A DNA stretch of 32,000 nucleotides from Dickeya solani IPO 2222 (GTDB lineage Bacteria > Pseudomonadota > Gammaproteobacteria > Enterobacterales > Enterobacteriaceae): contig NZ_CP015137.1 in NCBI RefSeq assembly GCF_001644705.1, forward strand, positions 990,001 to 1,022,000, in the 5' to 3' direction. The notes beneath the pieces were generated by a model. It worked only from the letters and a program-made list of their open reading frames with translations, was not told the origin of the DNA and ran no database searches. Below, piece by piece: positions 25,935 to 32,000 of this stretch; within the stretch, counting starts at the first letter, position 1; every line of letters begins with the position of its first letter. The translations under genes were made by a program, and so were the position numbers.

Positions 25935-27140
25935 ATGTCTGCATCTACCACCACCACCGCCGGTCTGAGCCCGGCACTGACGCTGTTGATGTCCGCCGCC
26001 ACCGGGTTGGCGGTCGCCAGCAACTATTACGCCCAGCCGTTGCTGGACGCCATCGCCCAGGCATTCAGCCTGTCGGTCAATCAGGCCGGTTTTATCGTCA
26101 CTGCCGCCCAGTTGGGTTATGCCTGCGGTCTGATGTTTCTGGTGCCGCTGGGCGACCGCTTCGAGCGCCGCGGTTTGATTGTCGGGATGACCCTGCTGGC
26201 GGCGGGCGGCATGCTGATTACCGCTTCCGCCCCGTCGTTGTGGTTGATGGTGGCCGGCACCGCCATTACCGGCCTGTTCTCGGTCGTGGCGCAGATTCTG
26301 GTGCCGCTGGCCGCCACGCTTGCCTCGCCGGAAAGCCGCGGCAAGGTCGTCGGTACGATCATGAGCGGCCTGCTGTTGGGGATACTGCTGGCCCGAACGC
26401 TGGCCGGCGCGCTGGCGTCGCTGGGGGACTGGCGCACGGTATACTGGGTTGCCAGCCTGTTGATGACCGGAATGGCGTTGCTGATGTGGCGCGCGCTGCC
26501 GCGTTATCACCCGTCAACCAATCTTAACTATCCCCAGTTACTGAGCTCCATCTTCCAGTTGTTCGGCAGTTCCCGCCCACTGCGCACCCGCGCGATTTTG
26601 GGCGCGCTCTCTTTCTCTAATTTCAGCATCATGTGGACATCGATGGCGTTCCTGCTCTCAGCTCCGCCTTACCACTACAGTGAGGGCGTGATCGGGTTAT
26701 TCGGTCTGGCGGGCGCTGCCGGCGCCTTGTCCGCCAGCCGGGCTGGTCGTCTGGTGGATCGGGGTAAAGCCAAGCTCTCCACGACGGTAGGCTTGCTGCT
26801 GCTGGCGCTGTCCTGGCTGCCGATCGCCGCCGGCGTCAGCGCCATCGCGCCATTGCTGATCGGCATTGTGGTGCTGGATATGGCGGTTCAGGGGGTGCAT
26901 GTCACCAATCAGAGCGTGATTTACCGTATGTTGCCGGACGCGCGCAACCGTCTGACCGCCGGTTACATGACTAGCTATTTTATCGGCGGCGCCCTCGGCT
27001 CGCTGATTTCCGCCTATGCTTACCAGCATTTCGGCTGGCTGGGAGTATCAGTAGCCGGAGGCACTCTGAGCCTGCTTGCGCTCCTGGTGTGGTGGCAAAA
27101 TCATCATCATGAATCTTCGCAGTTGGAGACGCATGGATGA
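25935..27140 (+). CDS. MFS transporter (12 TM) in the position of E. coli ygaY
   Basis: 401-aa hydrophobic protein with the MFS loop motif PLGDRFERRG. Synteny is proX - MFS - ygaZ - ygaH. No clear SD precedes the 25935 ATG, so the start is uncertain. Confidence 0.8.
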   Translation: MSASTTTTAGLSPALTLLMSAATGLAVASNYYAQPLLDAIAQAFSLSVNQAGFIVTAAQLGYACGLMFLVPLGDRFERRGLIVGMTLLAAGGMLITASAPSLWLMVAGTAITGLFSVVAQILVPLAATLASPESRGKVVGTIMSGLLLGILLARTLAGALASLGDWRTVYWVASLLMTGMALLMWRALPRYHPSTNLNYPQLLSSIFQLFGSSRPLRTRAILGALSFSNFSIMWTSMAFLLSAPPYHYSEGVIGLFGLAGAAGALSASRAGRLVDRGKAKLSTTVGLLLLALSWLPIAAGVSAIAPLLIGIVVLDMAVQGVHVTNQSVIYRMLPDARNRLTAGYMTSYFIGGALGSLISAYAYQHFGWLGVSVAGGTLSLLALLVWWQNHHHESSQLETHG

Positions 27141-27238
27141 CGTCCTCCGCCGCGCGATTGACGGTAAAGCGCTATCGCTGGCGGCAGATCACGCCTATGA
27201 TGTTGTTTTTTCAGCCAGTAGTTTTTTTCAATCTGTGG

Positions 27239-28000
27239 ATGAGCCGAGACACCGTGAATTCCGTTTCTTCCAGCCAGACTGATGCCCGCACGGCGGCTGA
27301 CGCTTCGTTTGCCAGCGGCCTGTTTGACAGCCTGCCTATCGTCATCGGTTACGTACCGGTGGCGTTCGCCTTTGGCCTGAACGCCGTCAAGCTGGGTTTC
27401 ACGCCGCTGGAAGCCATTTTTCTTTCCTGCATCATTTACGCCGGCGCCAGCCAGTTCGTCATCACTGCGTTACTGAGCGCGGGCGCGTCTATCTGGGTGG
27501 CGGCATTGACCGTCATGGCGATGGACGTACGCCATGTGTTATACGGCCCGTCGCTGCGTCGCCGTATTACGCAACGACTGCCGACCGGCAAGACCGCCTG
27601 GTGGGCATTCGGACTGACCGATGAAGTGTTCGCCGCCGCGACGGCGCGACTGTCGCGGGATAACCGGCGCTGGAGCGAATCCTGGATGCTGGGGGTGGCG
27701 TTGAGCGCCTGGCTGTCCTGGGTCGCCGGCACCGTGCTCGGCGCCGTATTCGGCAATGGTCCGCTGGAAAGCTATCCTGCGGTCGAAGCCGCACTGGCGT
27801 TTATGCTGCCGGCGCTGTTTCTGAGTTTTCTGCTCGCGTCCTTCAGACGTCGCCAGAGTCTGGTGGTGGCCGCCGCACTGGGCGGCGCCTGTCTGGGGCT
27901 GCTGGTATCGTCTATTCCGGCCGCCATTCTGATCGGCATCGGCGGCGGTTGTCTGGCATCGCTGTATCAACCGGCATCATTAAAGGAAGAAACGCGATGA
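27239..28000 (+). CDS. ygaZ: AzlC-family branched-chain amino acid (valine) exporter subunit
   Basis: SLPIVIGYVPVAFAFGLNAVKLGFTPLEAIFLSCIIYAGASQFVITALL... is colinear with E. coli YgaZ. The start is uncertain: I chose the ATG at 27239 (253 aa vs 245 aa in E. coli), with 27197 and 27137 as alternatives. Confidence 0.85.
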   Translation: MSRDTVNSVSSSQTDARTAADASFASGLFDSLPIVIGYVPVAFAFGLNAVKLGFTPLEAIFLSCIIYAGASQFVITALLSAGASIWVAALTVMAMDVRHVLYGPSLRRRITQRLPTGKTAWWAFGLTDEVFAAATARLSRDNRRWSESWMLGVALSAWLSWVAGTVLGAVFGNGPLESYPAVEAALAFMLPALFLSFLLASFRRRQSLVVAAALGGACLGLLVSSIPAAILIGIGGGCLASLYQPASLKEETR

Positions 28001-28338
28001 ATACTTCAGTATTATTGATTGGTTTACTGATGGGAACAGTTAACTTTCTGTTCCGGTATCTGCCGCTGCGGCTGGGCACCAGCCGGGCATCCGGTAACCT
28101 GCGGCGAGGCCGAACCGCGTTGCTGCTCGACAGCATCGGCATTGCTTCCATTTGCGCGCTGCTGGTGGTGTCCGCCCTGCCGGATATCATGCAGCACACA
28201 GAAAGACTGTTGCCAACGCTGGCGGGGTTCGCCCTGCTGACGCTTTGTTTTTACAAAACCCGCAGCATCGTATTGTCGACGCTGCTGGGCGCGCTGTGCT
28301 ACGGCATAGTGTTTAAATGGTTTCAGACGATGGCCTGA
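27997..28338 (+). CDS. ygaH: AzlD-family exporter subunit
   Basis: MNTSVLLIGLLMGTVNFLFRYLPLRL... matches the E. coli YgaH pattern. An ATGA overlap links it to ygaZ, with an AAGGAAG RBS. Confidence 0.88.
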   Translation: MNTSVLLIGLLMGTVNFLFRYLPLRLGTSRASGNLRRGRTALLLDSIGIASICALLVVSALPDIMQHTERLLPTLAGFALLTLCFYKTRSIVLSTLLGALCYGIVFKWFQTMA

Positions 28339-28454
28339 ACATAACCGGCTAACGTCACTCGCACAGCCAAAAGACAATAAACGGCAACAGACCGTACCAC
28401 CTGCACATGTTTCGACCAGTGGCAAAATAAGCACTAATCGACAAGTTTCTCGCA

Positions 28455-28483
28455 TTTACCTAATTAGTAACATTCGTTACTAT
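28455..28483 (+). promoter_or_regulatory. mprA-emrAB promoter with an overlapping MarR-type operator palindrome
   Basis: TTTACC, a 17-bp spacer, then TACTAT. The perfect inverted repeat TAGTAAC-ATTC-GTTACTA (28465-28482) covers the spacer and -10, as expected for autorepression by EmrR/MprA. Confidence 0.55.
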
Positions 28484-28512
28484 GCAGGTCGTGATTAATA
28501 AGGTTGACATCT

Positions 28513-29025
28513 ATGGAAAGTTCATTCGCCCCAATTGAAGATATGCTGCGTATGCGGGCTTCGCGCCGCCCGGATTTCCCTTACCGGGAAGTTCTGCTGC
28601 TGCGCTTATTCCTGCATATGCAAACCAAAATTCTGGAACACCGTAACCGTATGCTGAAAGAACAGGACATCAATGAAACCCTGTTCATGGCGCTGCTTAC
28701 GCTCGAATCGCAGGAGAATTATTGCATCCAGCCTTCCGAACTGAGCGCGGCGCTCGGCTCCTCGCGCACCAACGCCACCCGCATCGCGGATGAACTGGAA
28801 AAGCGCGGCTGGATCGAACGGCGTGAAAGCGACAGCGACCGCCGCTGTCTGTACCTGTACATGACCGAGAAGGGTAAAGCCTTTCTGGATGAACTGCTGC
28901 CGCCTCAGCACCGAAGCCTGAATATTCTCTGCTCCGTCCTTGAAGACAGTGAAAGAGATCAGTTGGAAGTACTGATGCGCAAGCTGTTACTGCGTCTTGA
29001 TGAAATGGATCAGGACGGCATTTAA
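28513..29025 (+). CDS. mprA: MarR-family repressor of emrAB
   Basis: [29 protein letters not shown]... is colinear with E. coli MprA/EmrR ([29 protein letters not shown]...). The track's 28504 start is a TTG three codons upstream. Confidence 0.93.
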   Translation: MESSFAPIEDMLRMRASRRPDFPYREVLLLRLFLHMQTKILEHRNRMLKEQDINETLFMALLTLESQENYCIQPSELSAALGSSRTNATRIADELEKRGWIERRESDSDRRCLYLYMTEKGKAFLDELLPPQHRSLNILCSVLEDSERDQLEVLMRKLLLRLDEMDQDGI

Positions 29026-29065
29026 CGCCCGTCGCCATTCCTGACAGAGAGCATCACCATCGTTG

Positions 29066-29116
29066 CCTGCAAATCTCAACGGTTTGCAGGTAGTGCCGCG
29101 TTTTTTTTAAAAAAAA
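29066..29116 (+). other. Hairpin plus T8A8 tract in the mprA-emrA spacer (possible attenuator or partial terminator)
   Basis: CCTGCAAA-N9-TTTGCAGG (29066-29090), then TAGTGCCGCG, then TTTTTTTTAAAAAAAA (29101-29116). Confidence 0.35.
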
Positions 29117-29198
29117 CCGTCACCGGACGATACCGCCATGAAAGGCAATCAAAGGCCATGAAAGGCCGAAAAAAAAGAAATCTAACTGGGAGAGAACC

Positions 29199-30374
29199 AT
29201 GAGTGCCAACGTGGAAAAGCAGACTCCACCACCTATGCCATCGAAGTCCAGAAAATCGCGTAAAGGAATTCTCACGCTGCTGATGATTCTGTTTTTCTTT
29301 ATTGGCTGTGTGTGGTTTGCCTACTGGTATTTGGTGTTGCGGCACCATCAGGAAACCGACGACGCCTATGTCGCAGGCAACCAGATTCAAATTATGTCAC
29401 AGGTCAACGGCAGCGTTGCCCGCGTCAACGTAGACAACACCGACCTCGTTAAAAAAGGCGACGTACTGGTGGAACTTGACCCAACCGACGCCGAGCAAGC
29501 CTTTGAGCGTTCGAAAACCACGTTGGCCAACAGCGTGCGTCAGGTTCATCAGCAGATGATCAACGTCCGCCAGTACAAAGCCAACATCGACCTGCAGCAG
29601 ATTGCGCTGGACAAGGCTATCAGCGACCTGAACCGCCGTGAAGCGCTGGGGCGGGCCAATGCTATCGGTCGGGAAGACCTGCAACATGCGCGCGACCAGG
29701 TCGCCAGCGCCAGAGCGTCGCTGGAAGCGGCCAAACAGCAGTATGCCGCCACCCAGGCGCTGGTGCTGAATACGCCATTAGAGCAGCAGCCCGCCATTGC
29801 GCAGACCGCCACTGACCTGCGCAATGCCTGGCTGTCGCTCAAACGCACCCATATCGTCAGCCCGGTGGATGGCTATGTCTCCCGCCGCAGCGTACAACTG
29901 GGCGCGCGCATCACCCCGTCATCCGCCCTGATGGCGGTTGTGCCGGCCGCTCCGCTGTGGGTCGACGCCAACTTTAAGGAAACCCAGCTAACCAACATGC
30001 GCATCGGCCAGCCAGTAACCATTATCAGCGACCTGTATGGCGACAGCGTGATGTACAAAGGCAAAGTGGTGGGTCTCGACATGGGAACCGGCAGCGCGTT
30101 CTCGCTGTTGCCGGCCCAGAATGCCACGGGTAACTGGATCAAGGTAGTACAGCGCCTGCCGGTTCGTATCGAACTGGATCCGAAACAACTGGCTGACTAC
30201 CCGCTGCGCATCGGCCTGTCGATGCTGGTCAAAGTGGATACCGCCAATACCGACGGCAAGGTACTGTCCGATGCCTCCCGCGCGACACCGGCATACCAGA
30301 GTGATGCACTAGATCTGGATCTGGCGCCGGTCAACCAGATGATCGACCAGATCATCGGCGCCAACGCTGGCTGA
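29199..30374 (+). CDS. emrA: Multidrug efflux membrane fusion (HlyD-family) protein
   Basis: MSANVEKQTP...LRHHQETDDAYVAGNQIQIMSQVNGSV... is colinear with E. coli EmrA. 391 aa. Confidence 0.95.
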   Translation: MSANVEKQTPPPMPSKSRKSRKGILTLLMILFFFIGCVWFAYWYLVLRHHQETDDAYVAGNQIQIMSQVNGSVARVNVDNTDLVKKGDVLVELDPTDAEQAFERSKTTLANSVRQVHQQMINVRQYKANIDLQQIALDKAISDLNRREALGRANAIGREDLQHARDQVASARASLEAAKQQYAATQALVLNTPLEQQPAIAQTATDLRNAWLSLKRTHIVSPVDGYVSRRSVQLGARITPSSALMAVVPAAPLWVDANFKETQLTNMRIGQPVTIISDLYGDSVMYKGKVVGLDMGTGSAFSLLPAQNATGNWIKVVQRLPVRIELDPKQLADYPLRIGLSMLVKVDTANTDGKVLSDASRATPAYQSDALDLDLAPVNQMIDQIIGANAG

Positions 30375-30391
30375 CCCCAGAGGAGAGCAGC

Positions 30392-31924
30392 GTGACAAGA
30401 AAACCACTTGAGGGCATGACGCTGGCTCTGGTGACGATCGCCCTGTCGCTGGCGACGTTCATGCAGGTGCTGGACTCGACAATTGCCAACGTAGCCATTC
30501 CGACCATCGCCGGCAATCTCGGCGCATCCAATTCACAGGGCACCTGGGTCATCACGTCTTTCGGGGTGGCAAACGCCATCTCCATCCCCATCACCGGCTG
30601 GCTGGCCAAACGATTCGGCGAGGTGCGCCTGTTTATCTGGGCCACCGTGCTCTTTACCCTGACCTCCTGGCTGTGCGGCATGTCGACCAGTCTGGAGATG
30701 CTGATCGTTTCCCGTATGCTGCAGGGTCTGGTTGCCGGCCCGATTATTCCGCTGTCCCAAAGTCTGCTGCTGAATAACTACCCGCCGGCCAGACGAGGTA
30801 TTGCACTAGCGTTGTGGTCAATGACGGTGGTGGTTGCCCCGATCTTCGGCCCGATCCTCGGCGGCTGGATCAGCGACAACTACCACTGGGGGTGGATCTT
30901 CTTCATCAACGTGCCGTTAGGTGCTCTGGTGGTGTTGATCACCCTGCAAACACTACGCGGGCGCGAAACCAAAACCGAAATCCGCCCCATCGACACGATT
31001 GGGCTGATTCTGTTGGCGGCGGGTATTGGCTGCCTGCAGATGATGCTGGACCGCGGCAAAGAGCTGGACTGGTTTAACTCGACGGAAATCGTGGTGCTGG
31101 CGGTGGTTGCCGTGGTTTCGCTAACCGTGCTGGTGGTCTGGGAGCTGACCGACGATCACCCGGTGGTCGATCTGTCGCTGTTCAAGATGCGCAATTTTAC
31201 CATCGGCTGTCTGTGCACCAGCCTGGCGTTCATGCTCTATTTCGGCGCTATCGTACTGTTGCCGCAGTTGCTGCAGGTCGTGTTCGGCTATACCGCCACC
31301 TGGGCCGGGCTGGCTTCCGCCCCCGTGGGCCTGATGCCGGTGATACTCTCGCCGATCATCGGGCGGTTCATGCATAAGCTCGATATGCGCCGTCTGGTGA
31401 CGTTCAGCTTCATCATGTACGCGGTCTGTTTCTACTGGCGAGCCTACACCTTTGAGCCGGCAATGGATTTCGGCGCGTCCGCCTGGCCTCAGTTCGTGCA
31501 AGGGTTTGCCGTGGCCTGTTTCTTCATGCCGCTGACCACCATCACGCTCTCCGGCCTGCCGCCGGAACGGATGGCGGCCGCCTCCAGCCTGTCGAACTTT
31601 ACCCGTACGCTGGCAGGCTCCATCGGCACGTCGATCACCACCACATTGTGGGAGCGCCGGGAAGCCTTGCATCACGAACAGCTTAGCGAGGTGATCAACC
31701 CCTATAACCCGATCGCGCAGCAGACTTATCAGCAACTGGAAGCGATGGGAATGAGTCAACAGCAGGTATCCAGCTATCTGGCTCAGCAAATCACGGCGCA
31801 GGGGCTGATTATTGGCGCCAACGAAATCTTCTGGCTGTCGGCCGGGGTTTTCGTCGTGCTGATCGTCTTGGTATGGTTCGCCAAACCGCCGTTCGGCGGT
31901 CACTCGGCTGGCGGCGCGCACTGA
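30392..31924 (+). CDS. emrB: MFS (DHA2, 14 TM) multidrug efflux pump
   Basis: GTG start with an AGGAGA RBS. ...TIALSLATFMQVLDSTIANVAIPTIAGNLGAS... is colinear with E. coli EmrB. 510 aa. Confidence 0.95.
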   Translation: MTRKPLEGMTLALVTIALSLATFMQVLDSTIANVAIPTIAGNLGASNSQGTWVITSFGVANAISIPITGWLAKRFGEVRLFIWATVLFTLTSWLCGMSTSLEMLIVSRMLQGLVAGPIIPLSQSLLLNNYPPARRGIALALWSMTVVVAPIFGPILGGWISDNYHWGWIFFINVPLGALVVLITLQTLRGRETKTEIRPIDTIGLILLAAGIGCLQMMLDRGKELDWFNSTEIVVLAVVAVVSLTVLVVWELTDDHPVVDLSLFKMRNFTIGCLCTSLAFMLYFGAIVLLPQLLQVVFGYTATWAGLASAPVGLMPVILSPIIGRFMHKLDMRRLVTFSFIMYAVCFYWRAYTFEPAMDFGASAWPQFVQGFAVACFFMPLTTITLSGLPPERMAAASSLSNFTRTLAGSIGTSITTTLWERREALHHEQLSEVINPYNPIAQQTYQQLEAMGMSQQQVSSYLAQQITAQGLIIGANEIFWLSAGVFVVLIVLVWFAKPPFGGHSAGGAH

Positions 31925-31961
31925 TCCCCACGCCGAACAACCTAAGCTAAAGCGTAAAAGC

Positions 31962-31989
31962 AAAAAAGGTGGCCAAAGCCACCTTTTTT
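31962..31989. terminator. Bidirectional-type rho-independent terminator after emrB
   Basis: AAAAAAGGTGGC-CAAA-GCCACCTTTTTT: a 6-bp GC core extended by A6/T6 arms. Confidence 0.85.
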
Positions 31990-32000
31990 ATTCCTTCGCC

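Noticed and set aside
29076-29390. A 104-aa minus-strand ORF spanning the mprA-emrA spacer and the emrA 5' end.
   Set aside because: It overlaps the well-supported emrA start in antisense, has no RBS and has no recognisable domain.
1-32000. I looked for CRISPR arrays, tRNA/rRNA genes, IS elements, integrases and prophage genes, especially around the kinase module.
   Set aside because: None was seen. There are no regularly spaced repeats of 25 bp or longer, no tRNA-like cloverleaf candidates in intergenic regions, and no ORF with transposase or recombinase motifs. The only repeats are the short ones listed as features.

Overview
This is a chromosomal segment from a high-GC enterobacterium. 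Spot counts of 60-nt lines give about 60-65% GC in the housekeeping genes. Gene content and order look Dickeya/Pectobacteriaceae-like, but that is inference only and no search was run.

Layout:
- 1-4.7 kb: methionine salvage genes (partial mtnA, mtnD-mtnC-mtnB on the minus strand, and a divergent ybdL-yafV pair).
- 4.8-15.1 kb: a Klebsiella hpx-type nitrogen-scavenging island. The minus strand carries a polar-amino-acid-type ABC importer plus hpxJ and hpxK. An RpiR regulator follows. The plus strand carries a four-gene operon: GGT-like HpxW plus an AtzG/AtzE/AtzH-like trio.
- 15.2-17.3 kb: a two-gene module, a full-length HipA-family kinase followed by and overlapping a 165-aa HTH protein. It has lower GC and an AT-rich repeat-bearing leader, and it sits between the 3' ends of catabolic operons.
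- 17.3-21.4 kb: hpxS-hpxA-hpxB(puuE) and an NCS1 permease.
- 21.4-25.6 kb: an AT-rich proU control region and proVWX.
- 25.9-32 kb: an MFS gene, ygaZ-ygaH and mprA-emrA-emrB.

I saw no rRNA, tRNA, CRISPR array, transposase or integrase.

The best candidate for an undescribed system is the reverse-order HipA-like kinase/HTH pair at 15200-17040. The second is the HpxW + AtzGEH-like operon, for which I infer an oxalurate-to-oxalate route. All functional calls rest on motifs I recognised by eye and on synteny.
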